DNA of 64,000 bases from an uncultured Thermoplasmatales archaeon (GCA_964514975.1 CAZESS010000004.1:1708-65707), one strand, 5' to 3'; shown: positions 19,159 to 28,618, numbered from the stretch's first letter. Notes: generated by a model from the sequence alone, not told the origin. Made by a program: numbers and translations.

Positions 19159-20286
19159 CTATCCCACGGGCGGCAGCTGCGGCTCGCTCAGCCCGGCAGC
19201 CCAGGCAGCACTGCGCCGCACAATCCACCAGTTGTAGTCATGGCTCAGCATCTCGCCGAAATAGTTGAACACGTACCGCTCCACCGGGCCGGCAAAGTTC
19301 GGAATACCATGCCCTAGGTACTCCCGAACGGTGCCGTTGACCACGACGCGGTGCTCTGGATGCGGCCCATACAGCACCACGTTGCCCTCGCCGTAGGATG
19401 TCGCCACGGCCGCAGCGCTGCCCTTGATGTCGGTGGTCACGTTTTTCCATATCGTCCAGCCGTGCAGCGTGGGACGCCAGTAATGCAGCGGCATGGTCTC
19501 CATGGGCTCCTCGCCGTAGCGGAGCATCGTTGACACGCTGCCATGCAGCCCATCACCCCGCCCGGCAGGGGTCATGCCAGGCCCGCCGGCATAGGTGATA
19601 TGTCGCATATCAGCAGCGTAGCCGGCAAAAATAGGATGTTCGTCAGCCAGCGAGGTGTTCACGCTCGCATAGTATGGATAGCTGCCGTTGCCATGATCGG
19701 AGCCGAAGGCATCAAACCCGAACTTCAGCAGATACTGCCACTCGCCAACCACGTCATCGTTGATGTACACGTCGGCGATACGCAAAACACCCTGATTGGC
19801 ACGGCGCTGAAACAGGCTCCGCGGCTCCTCGAACCCCATGCTTGCAGTGTTCGCACCGCCGCAGATACCCAGATAGCCGCCGCCGTCGGCGACAAACCGC
19901 TGCACGGCGCTGCGCCATGCCTCGTCGACGCCGTCGACAAGATACGCGGAGGCACTGGCACCGATGAGCAGCACGTCGAACCGCTCGGTGTTAAACGGGA
20001 TGTCGCCGTCGCCCCGGACATCATCGGCGTCGACCACGGTCACCTCGAACCGGTAGCTCATGTTGCCATGCACCCAGCTGTAGTTGAAAATACCGTCGAA
20101 ATAGCGGTTGTTCCATCCGCAGTCGTAGAGCGCGATGCGGACACGCTGCTGCATGGATGATGCACCGGCAGAGGCATCCTCTTCTCCGCCGGATTCTGGA
20201 ACGCCATGGTGATATATCCCCGGGGCGGTGGCACCCATGCAGAACACGGCCACGAGGAACAGCGCGATAACGACCGTCCGGCTCAT
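19159..20286 (-). CDS. Secreted BPL_N / class I glutamine-amidotransferase-like domain protein
   Basis: Signal peptide; FVADGGGYLGICGGA nucleophile elbow; YAGGP; G.G.VVLYGPHPE. Confidence 0.75.
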   Translation of the reverse strand: MSRTVVIALFLVAVFCMGATAPGIYHHGVPESGGEEDASAGASSMQQRVRIALYDCGWNNRYFDGIFNYSWVHGNMSYRFEVTVVDADDVRGDGDIPFNTERFDVLLIGASASAYLVDGVDEAWRSAVQRFVADGGGYLGICGGANTASMGFEEPRSLFQRRANQGVLRIADVYINDDVVGEWQYLLKFGFDAFGSDHGNGSYPYYASVNTSLADEHPIFAGYAADMRHITYAGGPGMTPAGRGDGLHGSVSTMLRYGEEPMETMPLHYWRPTLHGWTIWKNVTTDIKGSAAAVATSYGEGNVVLYGPHPEHRVVVNGTVREYLGHGIPNFAGPVERYVFNYFGEMLSHDYNWWIVRRSAAWAAGLSEPQLPPVG

Positions 20287-20431
20287 CGCCCGTTTATTTC
20301 ATGGGTAATACTTAAAGCTATCCCTCATAGCGTTTGTGAGTGACCCACTCCGCGGAATGGACATCCCCGCCGGATTATCAGGAAACACCTATGTTTAGAA
20401 AGATATGGGCAATGTCATGTGACGGTGTTGC

Positions 20432-20770
20432 ATGAGCATACGGGCTGAAAAACGGATGACTTCAAACACATAACGGAGGTGAACAGATGGGCATTCAACC
20501 GGGAGGATGAAGGCGAGATGGTTGAGCGTATGCGGACGGGCGAACAGTATATCCCCGAACTGTTGCTGGCGGCAGAAGAAAACGGGCGGATACGTGGCCA
20601 TATTCTGTTTGCAAAAAACGAAAAGTGTTGGAACGGGGGAACACAAGACGCTGATACTCGGCCCCCGTGGCCGTTCTCCCGGAGTTCCAGGGACAGGGGA
20701 TAGGAACGAAACTGGTCGTCGAAGGAGTGCACAAAGCAAAAAAACATGGGTATACGTCGGTGATGCTCGT
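20432..20770 (+). pseudogene. Frameshifted and truncated GNAT (YhbS-like) N-acetyltransferase
   Basis: Pieces in three frames: MSIRAE / DDFKHITEVNRWAF...IPELLLAAEENGRIRGHILFA / HKTLILGP / VAVLPEFQGQGIGTKLV..G...AKKHGY. Indels lie in runs at ~20448, ~20615 and ~20663. Confidence 0.8.
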
Positions 20771-21044
20771 CGTGGTCGCTGCCTTTTTTGCCATTGCCGT
20801 CCTGCTGTTCCGGGAGGTGCTGGCCTCGCTGCAATTCTGGCTGTACCTGCTGTTCAGCTTCATCGGCTTCCTTATCTTCAACCATCTGCTCACCTCGATT
20901 CCCGTGGTGACCTACGGCAGCGACGCTATCTGGGGTGTCCGGGTGACGACGATACCCGTCGAGGACTTCCTGTACAACATTTCGATGCTCGGTTTTTATT
21001 TCCTGGTCTACTGGTGGGCCCGGCAGCGGTTGAGCTCATTCTGA
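20750..21044 (+). pseudogene. C-terminal fragment of a membrane lycopene-cyclase-domain (CrtYc/d-like) protein, in frame with the GNAT remnant
   Basis: FNHLLTSIPVVTY....IWGVRVTTIPVEDFLY matches the lycopene cyclase domain pattern (G.R...IP.EDF.Y). Confidence 0.7.
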
Positions 21045-22550
21045 GCCCTGGCTGTTTCGCTCCCAGATGCCGAGCAGCCGGCGGCGGCCCCACAGGCTGT
21101 TTATCTCGAAGACGGCGATGGCGCCCTCGTAGATGTCGATGAGGTTGAACGAGTTGCCGTAGAGGCTGCGCTGGTAGACGCTGCTCAGCGAGTTGGCATT
21201 GACGACCACGGTGTTGCCAACTCGTGCGGCGAAGGGATGCGACGACGTCCCCGTCAGGATGAGGTCGACGTTGGCGTCGACGAGCTCCCTTAGCAGGTCG
21301 CCGGCGTCCTCGAGCAGTCCCTTTTCACGGCTGTGCGGGATGGGCAGCACGTTGTGATGCAGGAACACCGCCTTGATGTGCTCGGGCGCCGCAGCGAGCT
21401 GGTCGAGTACCGTCCGTCGCTCGGTCGGCCCGACGATGCCTTCGTGGGAGTCATACTGCGCCGAGGAGATACCCTGGAACAGGATGGAGCCATCGGAATA
21501 CGCCTGGTCGAACTGGCCGAAATGCGTGGCATAGAGATGATAGCCCAGGTAGTTGATGTCCCGGCCCGCCGGCGTGTAGATAACGGGGACGTTGAGCCGG
21601 GAGAGCTCGCTGGCGGCCATGTCGTAGTCCTGCGGGATGCCCTCCCGGACGATGCCCCCGCAGTGCACCAGCAGGTCGGGCTGCAGCCCGGATATGGCGT
21701 CCACCGCGTTGCGGAAATGCTGCGGCAGAAACGCCCTGCCGTCGGAGATGTAGCTGTTGGAGACCTGTACCGCCCTGAACATGCGGCGGCCGAAATCTGA
21801 AAACACGTGCCGATGGCGGCGGGAAAACATCTGCTCCCGCTGCGACCCGTCCACCCATCTCGTGGCCACATGCTGCCGCTCGGCGTCGATGTCGACTAGG
21901 TTGTATGAGTTCACGTCGCCGTAGCGCGTCTTCGTCGCCGAGGCCGTCCCCGCGTTGATGAACACCGTGTTCTCTATCCGGTAGATGTTGGGGTAATGCC
22001 GATGGCCCGACAGCACGAGGTCGACGTCGCTGCTCAAAATGAGGTCGAGGATGTCCCCGGCGTTGTACAGCACGTTGCGCTCACGACCCGCCCGGGGAAT
22101 GGGCACCACGTGATGGTGCAGCGCGAGGATCTTGATGGAGGTGTCGCTGTGTTCGTTGAGCGCACGGCGCATCATGTTGTATTTGACCATTCCCACGCGG
22201 CCCTGGTCGCTGTCGGCGAACGCGCTGTTGACCCATATAACCGCGGTGTCGCCGATTTCCCGGACGCCGCTGGTGTCGCCGATGTATTCCTCGAACAGAT
22301 GGAGGCCACCCGACCGGGCGTCATGGTTCCCGGGCAGGATGACCGCTGGCGCCTCTATCCCGGAGAGCATCTGCCGGGCTCGCTTGTACTCGGTTCGCCG
22401 CCCGCCCTGGGTCACGTCGCCGCTGTGGATGACCAGGTCGCAGCCCGACTCGTTGATGGTCTCCAGCAGCCGGTAGAGCGTTCCCTTGTTGAAATCCGAG
22501 GCGGAGCCGACATGGGTGTCCGAGAGATGGAAGATACGCATGTTATTCAC
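21036..22550 (-). CDS. Tandem calcineurin-like metallophosphoesterase (domain 1 intact, domain 2 degenerate)
   Basis: Domain 1: SDTH, SGDVT, GNHD, LHHH, GHRH. Domain 2 at equivalent positions: SNSY, CGGIV, AGRD, LHHN, GTSS. Confidence 0.88.
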   Translation of the reverse strand: MNNMRIFHLSDTHVGSASDFNKGTLYRLLETINESGCDLVIHSGDVTQGGRRTEYKRARQMLSGIEAPAVILPGNHDARSGGLHLFEEYIGDTSGVREIGDTAVIWVNSAFADSDQGRVGMVKYNMMRRALNEHSDTSIKILALHHHVVPIPRAGRERNVLYNAGDILDLILSSDVDLVLSGHRHYPNIYRIENTVFINAGTASATKTRYGDVNSYNLVDIDAERQHVATRWVDGSQREQMFSRRHRHVFSDFGRRMFRAVQVSNSYISDGRAFLPQHFRNAVDAISGLQPDLLVHCGGIVREGIPQDYDMAASELSRLNVPVIYTPAGRDINYLGYHLYATHFGQFDQAYSDGSILFQGISSAQYDSHEGIVGPTERRTVLDQLAAAPEHIKAVFLHHNVLPIPHSREKGLLEDAGDLLRELVDANVDLILTGTSSHPFAARVGNTVVVNANSLSSVYQRSLYGNSFNLIDIYEGAIAVFEINSLWGRRRLLGIWERNSQGSE

Positions 22551-22977
22551 GTGAAATGTAGGTTTCCAGCCGCTGGCGGCTTATGTCCTCCAGGTCCCGG
22601 AGCGTGATGACGCCGACGATGTCCCCCTGTTCGGTGACCAGCATGTGTTTTATCTTCTGCTGCGACATGATTTCGAGCGCCTCCCGGATTGGCGTGCTAA
22701 TGTCAACGGTTATCAGCCCGGTGGTCATCACTTTTTCCACGGGGATATCGGGCGGGAGGCCGTCGGCTACCGCGCGCTTGACATCCGCGTCGGTGATGAG
22801 CCCGACAGGGTCTGTTCCGTCCGTGACGACGAGCGAGCTGATGGTGAACTCGACCATCTTGGCGACGCCCTCCTGCAGCGAGCTGTCGGTGGTGACGCCG
22901 ATGAGCCGCTTGGTGACCACCTCGCGGATGGGCTTGTTGAGCTCGGAAAACGAGGGATAACGGCTGTTCATGTTCAT
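22543..22977 (-). CDS. CBS-pair (Bateman) domain protein
   Basis: Two CBS repeats (ISSLVV..GLITDAD; IKHMLV..GVITLRD). Confidence 0.9.
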   Translation of the reverse strand: MNMNSRYPSFSELNKPIREVVTKRLIGVTTDSSLQEGVAKMVEFTISSLVVTDGTDPVGLITDADVKRAVADGLPPDIPVEKVMTTGLITVDISTPIREALEIMSQQKIKHMLVTEQGDIVGVITLRDLEDISRQRLETYISRE

Positions 22978-23852
22978 TTTTTTCCCTCCAGCGTGGTGAT
23001 GATGTCGTCCATGATGGTGGCGAGCGTCCGGTCGAAGTCACGGTTTTCGATGACCGAGACGTCATGCTGCCGGGCCATGTCGGTGATGAACTGCTGGATG
23101 TCCCGGATGTTGTTCAACCCTTCGACATAGCGGTCGGGGTCCCGGCGGCTGCCTTCCGAGCGGGAATAGATGTGCTGGATGTGCTGCTCGATGTCGGACA
23201 AATGCAGGATGTAATGAAAACAGAACATCTGGTCGCGTTCGTCGGCGAGGTCGAGGTAGCCGGGCACGAGATGGATACCATTGAGCGTCGTATGCAATCC
23301 CTCCTTGATACCCCGCCGGATGAAGGCGAGGACGCCCTCGTTGACCATGTTGACCTGCTGGGTGAACGCATAGACGATGTTTTCCTGCACAAACGGGTTC
23401 TGCAGCCGTTTGCCGGCCACGAAGGATGACTCATGCAGGAGGGGCATAAAATCATGGGGCACCATGTACCGCATGATCTCCCGGATGCCATCCGAGCCGA
23501 TAAACCGGGTGATGCCCAGGCGGTGGGCGAGCTCAGCCGCAATGGTGGACTTGCCGACCCCGGTCCCCCCGCCGATCATAACCACGACCGGTTTTTCCAG
23601 ATACTGTATCTGCCGGGTCACCCGGTAATGCCGCTCCTCGGTCCGATGGTCGCGGCTGAGCAGCGCGTCGCACACCATGTCCTTTATCTCCGATGTGCGG
23701 ACCTCGTCACGTCCCTGCCGCTGCAGCTCCTCCTGGATGTCCTGCACGATCTCGTAGACTTCGTCCAGCCCAAGCCCGGTCCGGGCGATGGACTTCGCCA
23801 GGATACCCTTCGAAAACGGATAGCGCTCCATTCCCTTCCGTACCCGTATCAT
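22974..23852 (-). CDS. pgk2: 2-phosphoglycerate kinase (ATP-cone + P-loop)
   Basis: PFSKGILAKSI ATP-cone; MIGGGTGVGKSTIAAELAHRLGI; PLLHESSF; GIHLVPG; directly downstream of cpgS. Confidence 0.9.
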   Translation of the reverse strand: MIRVRKGMERYPFSKGILAKSIARTGLGLDEVYEIVQDIQEELQRQGRDEVRTSEIKDMVCDALLSRDHRTEERHYRVTRQIQYLEKPVVVMIGGGTGVGKSTIAAELAHRLGITRFIGSDGIREIMRYMVPHDFMPLLHESSFVAGKRLQNPFVQENIVYAFTQQVNMVNEGVLAFIRRGIKEGLHTTLNGIHLVPGYLDLADERDQMFCFHYILHLSDIEQHIQHIYSRSEGSRRDPDRYVEGLNNIRDIQQFITDMARQHDVSVIENRDFDRTLATIMDDIITTLEGKK

Positions 23853-25261
23853 GGTATCTCTCCCTCACATGCTTTTTTGCAGATGGACAGCACCGCCGCG
23901 TCCAGGCTGTCAACGGTGCCGCCGGTGACCACGGGCCGGTTGTGCATAAACACCACGTCGCAGTCCATGGCGCGGGCGGTCGCCGCCGCGACATCGATCG
24001 ATGCAGCCTTAATCTCGGTAAGCAGCACATCCGCTCTCTCGAGCCCGGCCAGGTCCCGTCGGAGCTCCGCACGGTTCGACAGGCTCGTCGACATATCCAC
24101 CACCTCGCAGCGATAGGTCTCCTCGAGATAGCAGCAGAGCGTATCACGCATCGACGGATGCGCGGTCGACGCCACATACACCCGCCGTCCCTCGATGTCG
24201 CCATGGGGCTCCGGCCTGAACACGGTCAGCGCCACGTCTATGTCCGGGCGCACCTCGCGGATACCCTCGTAGACGGCCTGCACTTTTTCATCTGATGCCA
24301 GCGGCTCCTCGCACATGGTCACCACAGCCAGGTCGGCGCGGCGCAGGCGATATTCACCAAAAAACCCGGTGATATAGCGAAGGGGCTGCATCGCACCGAC
24401 GACGACCACCGTGGCATCGGTTGACACTGGCGGCAGCGTCGGACCCGAGCCCTCCATGATGACAAAGCCCTGCGGCATCCCGTTGGCCAGGATGGCGCCC
24501 TCATGAACGTTGGACAGCACCGGGCTGCCCGCCATGCCGCCGCCGCACCGCCGGCAGCCCACCGTGGGAACATCGGCCAGGATGGCATCCTCCCAGTAGT
24601 CGGAGGCCGCATGCCCGCCGCCCTCGGCGATGCCGATCAAAAAATCAAGCGTGATGTCCAGTTCATCCGGGCGGATGACCTCCGGCTCCGGGGGGCCGCC
24701 GCGGCCCATCGCAACGACGACGGGGTCGTATCCTGCAGCATCCAGCAATCGGGCGATGCTCACGCTGACCGCCGTCTTGCCCACTCGCTTGCCGGTGCCG
24801 ATGACCGCCAGGCCGGGCTTTTTAAGCATCTCCCGGCGCTCCGGCGGCGAAAACCAGAAATCAGCGCCCGCATAGCAGGCGCCATGCAGCAGCACCCTCG
24901 TGGCAATGTGGAAGCGCATAGTGTAGCCGACAACGGGCTCATCCGACAGATCGACGACGAGGTCGGGCTGCTGCTCCTCAAGCGCTCTGTCAACAATGTC
25001 GAGCGTTTTGCCCATGGTGTCGCCGGCCATGTACACGCTGTAGCGACGTGTTTCGTCCTGGAGCTCCTCCACCGCATCCCCGACCTTTTCGGTGCCGCCG
25101 AGAAAGACCAGGGCCTCGATGTGTGCACCTGCATGCTCGAGCTCGTCGATTATCCATCTGGTCACCGGCGGATAATGCTCGCCATCGACGAGGCAGAGCA
25201 GCGCTGCTCCGTCAACACGGTCGAAGAGAAACGAATCGGGGGAATACGCCGGCGGGCTCAT
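23849..25261 (-). CDS. cpgS: Cyclic 2,3-diphosphoglycerate synthetase
   Basis: LVDGEHYPPV, GGTEK, DLSDEPV, GTGKRVGKTAVS, MGRGGP, HAASDYWED, GCRRCGGGMAG, EGSG, TEIKAASID. Confidence 0.93.
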   Translation of the reverse strand: MSPPAYSPDSFLFDRVDGAALLCLVDGEHYPPVTRWIIDELEHAGAHIEALVFLGGTEKVGDAVEELQDETRRYSVYMAGDTMGKTLDIVDRALEEQQPDLVVDLSDEPVVGYTMRFHIATRVLLHGACYAGADFWFSPPERREMLKKPGLAVIGTGKRVGKTAVSVSIARLLDAAGYDPVVVAMGRGGPPEPEVIRPDELDITLDFLIGIAEGGGHAASDYWEDAILADVPTVGCRRCGGGMAGSPVLSNVHEGAILANGMPQGFVIMEGSGPTLPPVSTDATVVVVGAMQPLRYITGFFGEYRLRRADLAVVTMCEEPLASDEKVQAVYEGIREVRPDIDVALTVFRPEPHGDIEGRRVYVASTAHPSMRDTLCCYLEETYRCEVVDMSTSLSNRAELRRDLAGLERADVLLTEIKAASIDVAAATARAMDCDVVFMHNRPVVTGGTVDSLDAAVLSICKKACEGEIP

Positions 25262-25408
25262 AAGCAAACAATACAGACCGGTGATTTAAATATAGTGGAA
25301 TCCATGGTGACTCCGTCCTGGATATGCAGATACAGGCTATGAGCCATTCTATCGAGAACCTGATGTGCATCGATATCCATTGATAGATATTTTTGTCCGC
25401 TGGATATG

Positions 25409-26962
25409 CTACCAGTGGCCACCCAGGGTGAAATAGACAAGGTCCAGGGTATCCCAGTCGTCGAAGTCGTTCATCCCGCGGGAGCCATCGGAGTAGTCGA
25501 CGAGGGTGTAGGTATGCCCGTAGTTCATGCAGCTCCGGTAGCCCCGATATTTCCAGTATTCGGGCTGCCAGGGATATATGGCGTTAAAATTGTCGACGCC
25601 GGGATTCCTGATGTTGAGGGAATGGCCCGTCTCGTGCATGAACACGCTGGCGTAGACGATGTCCTCGTCCACGAAAAACAGCTGCCGGCATTTCTCCTCG
25701 ACATATCGGGCGGATATCTGCCACATGTCCCGTCGTATTCCGTAGCCGTTGTGGCCACCATCCCATATCACCAGGCCGTAATGGAAGACGCCCTGCCGCC
25801 AGTTGTCCTCGTCGCCATGCAGAAAATAGTCATAATAGTACTCCTCCCGGAGCTCCTCAACGCCGGTTTCCTCCTCGAAGGGTATCATCTCTCCGCCGCC
25901 CATTGAGCCGTCGTCGAGATGGTAGACGATGTTGTGCTTGTCGTAGGCGGTCCGCAGCCGCTCTTTTGCGCCCTGCGTGAGCGTGCTGGCCTGCTGCCCG
26001 TCGCTGCCCGCTTTCATCTGGTCGAGCTCGATGAACAGGTCGGCTCGGAACGGATCGGAGCCCCACTGCGACGTCCGGTATTCCTCGAGATTTGTGAGGC
26101 CATCGTTGTCTGGGTCCAGCTCGCTGTGGTTTTCCGGCACAAAGGGGTCATATGTCCAGATGTCCTCTACCTCGTCGTCCCACCAGTTCCATTCGAAGGC
26201 ATGGCCCCACCGGTGTTCCCATTCGATGGGCACGCCGTCGCCGTCGGCATCCTCGCCGGTGTTGTCAGCCTGGGGGTCGGTGCCATACCTGTTGACCTCG
26301 GTCCAGTAGGGGATGCCATCGCCGTCGGGGTCGCTCTGCCGGATGTCGAACCAGAGCTCGCAGTCCCGGTCATGTTGATACTGGCTGTTGTCATCGCAGC
26401 CGTTCAGCCGGCCGTATCCACTCCGGTCGGGGCCGCACCAGTATTCCTCATAGGGAACATAGTCATCTCCACACCAGTGACCCGTCTTTATGCTGTATGT
26501 CAGGTTGACGGTGTAACTGGAGGGATACTCCGCATCATTGATGCCCAGGTCGCATAACCGGTCCAGCCCGGGGTTTTTGTCCCAGAGCTCGATGACAATG
26601 TCGACATACTCCTCGTCGTCGGGCACGTCCGCCGTCGCCATCCAGCCATCGGAGACATATCGCTGGTCCCGCCAGACCGGGCTAACGAACTCCTCCCCGT
26701 TGATGAAGACCTTCACGTAGAAGTCTGGGGCATTCAGTCCGTCTATCCTGTCAATCGCCGCCGGGGCCACGTCGTCCGCCACCAGCGACCGAATCTTCTG
26801 GATGTCGACGGTCACCTTGACATCGCTCAGCGGGTCAATGTCATCAGCCCCGACAGATGCATCCATGGTCGACGCATGCTCGTTCTCGTACAGTGCGATA
26901 CCGGTCAGCGGCGCCATCCCGATAATGGCAGCCGCAATGATACACAGATACACGGTTTTCAT
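25409..26962 (-). CDS. Secreted protein with a C2-like beta domain, Asp-rich Ca-binding (DxDxDG) repeats and a C-terminal HExxH zinc-metalloprotease-like domain
   Basis: N-terminal hydrophobic helix; DPDGDGIP, DADGDGVP, DPDNDGL; FMHETGHSL followed by a SCMNY Met-turn-like motif. Confidence 0.78.
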   Translation of the reverse strand: MKTVYLCIIAAAIIGMAPLTGIALYENEHASTMDASVGADDIDPLSDVKVTVDIQKIRSLVADDVAPAAIDRIDGLNAPDFYVKVFINGEEFVSPVWRDQRYVSDGWMATADVPDDEEYVDIVIELWDKNPGLDRLCDLGINDAEYPSSYTVNLTYSIKTGHWCGDDYVPYEEYWCGPDRSGYGRLNGCDDNSQYQHDRDCELWFDIRQSDPDGDGIPYWTEVNRYGTDPQADNTGEDADGDGVPIEWEHRWGHAFEWNWWDDEVEDIWTYDPFVPENHSELDPDNDGLTNLEEYRTSQWGSDPFRADLFIELDQMKAGSDGQQASTLTQGAKERLRTAYDKHNIVYHLDDGSMGGGEMIPFEEETGVEELREEYYYDYFLHGDEDNWRQGVFHYGLVIWDGGHNGYGIRRDMWQISARYVEEKCRQLFFVDEDIVYASVFMHETGHSLNIRNPGVDNFNAIYPWQPEYWKYRGYRSCMNYGHTYTLVDYSDGSRGMNDFDDWDTLDLVYFTLGGHW

Positions 26963-27069
26963 ACAGCAAGCATCATCATCCTGCTATAAAATCGTTATCC
27001 ACCCGGGCAGTTTCCATGTCCCTTTTTTTGATGGCTGTATCACCGGTGTACAGAGCAAACAGTACAGGG

Positions 27070-27296
27070 TCACCGCAGCGCCGTCCCCGCTGTCGTTGTG
27101 TTGCCGCGCTCCAGATTGATTTTTCTGCCCGCATCGCGTCCGATGACGGCGCCGCATGTGCAGAGGTAGCGGTCGCCGTCATGGATGCCGTCATCCCGGC
27201 TGATATGTTGTTTCCAGCTGTCTGCAGCCTTCCCTTGCCGACCTTTTGATACCGGAAGAGCTCCCGGCCGCAGTTGCAGCACGTGACAGTAATCAT
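27070..27296 (-). pseudogene. Small zinc-ribbon protein split by one frameshift
   Basis: MITVTCCNCGRELFRYQKVGKGRL in one frame continues as SWKQHISRD...YLCTCGAVIGRD in another, switching at ~27220. Confidence 0.6.
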
Positions 27297-27441
27297 GGCC
27301 GAGCCTCCACACAGCAAGCGGAGCGACGAAGGCAGTGGCACACAGCAGGAACATGACCTTGATGTGGCAGCAGACATTTAGTGTATGCGGCAGGTAGCAT
27401 TTCTTCCATGCCCAATCCTGACAGTTGAAAAAAGAGAGGTA

Positions 27442-27573
27442 TGCTCCCGCCGGGATTTGAACCCGGGTGATCGGCTCTCTTCGAACCCCTCTTTGGGTGT
27501 GAAGCACCTTTTTTAAAGGGGCTCTGAGGTTCTCGAAAGGCCGAGATGATTGGCCGGACTACACCACGGGAGC
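27442..27573 (-). tRNA. tRNA-Glu(TTC) with a 57-nt intron at 37/38 (27477-27533)
   Basis: Minus strand reads GCTCCCGTGGTGTAGTCCGGCCAATCATCTCGGC-CTTTCG[intron]A-GCCGA...GGGTTCAAATCCCGGCGGGAGC-A. Confidence 0.92.
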
Positions 27574-27581
27574 AGCCATCA

Positions 27582-27654
27582 TAGCCCTGGGCAGATTCGA
27601 ACTGCCGTCACCGGGTCCAAAGCCCGATATGATTGGCCGCTACACCACAGGGCT
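27582..27654 (-). tRNA. tRNA-Gln(TTG)
   Basis: AGCCCTGTGGTGTAGCGGCCAATCATATCGGG-CTTTGGA-CCCGG...GTTCGAATCTGCCCAGGGCT-A; 8 nt upstream of tRNA-Glu; minus-strand ttatata box at ~27682-27688. Confidence 0.95.
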
Positions 27655-27697
27655 ATTTCACTCTGGCAATACCATTTCCCTATATAACTTTTAACGG

Positions 27698-28618
27698 TCA
27701 GGACCGAACGATGCCGTCCTCGGTGATGATACCCGTGACATATCGAGCGGGCGTGACATCAAAAGCCGGGTTGCAGACCTGCCTGGGCGTGTAATCATGC
27801 CACTTGGACACCTCGACCGGGTCGCGTTCCTCTATCTCGATGTCAGCACCGCTCTCGACATCCTCGTCGAACGTGTTGCGGGGCGCCGCCACATAAAATG
27901 GCACATTGTTGTCATGGGCAAGCACCGCCTTCTCATATGTCCCGATCTTGTTCGCAACATCATGGTTGGCCGCAATACGATCAGCGCCCACGATAACCAT
28001 GTCCACCTCGCCGTGCTGCATGTAATGCCCTGCTGCGTTGTCAGCAATGTAGGCATGCTCGATATCCTCCTGCTCAAGCTCCCAGGCGGTCAGCAATCCC
28101 TGGCAGCGGGGTCTGGTCTCGTCCACCCAGACAAAGATGTCGCGGTCCCTGGCAACGCGCATCGGTGCCAGCGCGGTCCCCCAGTCAACCGTGGCCAGCG
28201 CGCCGGCGTTGCAATGCGTCAGGATGCGGCTGCCCGGCTCTATCAGCGCAGCGCCGTGTTCGCCGATACGACGGCATCGCTCGACCACGTCCTCCACGTA
28301 GGCATGCGCGGCCTCCAGCTCGCATTCATGGTCGAGCATGTAGTCGATGGCGTAGAACAGGTCATGTGCGGTCGGCCTCGTCCGCCGGAGTTTCCGCGCC
28401 GCTTTTTTGCCGTCCTCGCCGAGGGCCATGCCATAGCAGGCTGCGCAGCCGATGGCCGGGGCACCCCTGACCACCATTTTTTTGATCGCCTCTGCAACGT
28501 CCGCGACGCTGTCAGCCTCGTAAAACCTGAGCATAAACGGCAGCCGTCGCTGGTCGATGAGCACGAGCCTGTCGTTCTCCCACCACAGGGAGCGCATGTC
28601 CTTGCCTTCTACACGCAT
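27698..28618 (-). CDS. mtnA: S-methyl-5-thioribose-1-phosphate isomerase
   Basis: IDQRRLP, MVVRGAPAIG, TRPTA, ILTHCNAGALAT, DETRP..QG..TAWEL, VGADRIA, NKIGTY, NPAFDVTP. Confidence 0.93.
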   Translation of the reverse strand: MRVEGKDMRSLWWENDRLVLIDQRRLPFMLRFYEADSVADVAEAIKKMVVRGAPAIGCAACYGMALGEDGKKAARKLRRTRPTAHDLFYAIDYMLDHECELEAAHAYVEDVVERCRRIGEHGAALIEPGSRILTHCNAGALATVDWGTALAPMRVARDRDIFVWVDETRPRCQGLLTAWELEQEDIEHAYIADNAAGHYMQHGEVDMVIVGADRIAANHDVANKIGTYEKAVLAHDNNVPFYVAAPRNTFDEDVESGADIEIEERDPVEVSKWHDYTPRQVCNPAFDVTPARYVTGIITEDGIVRS

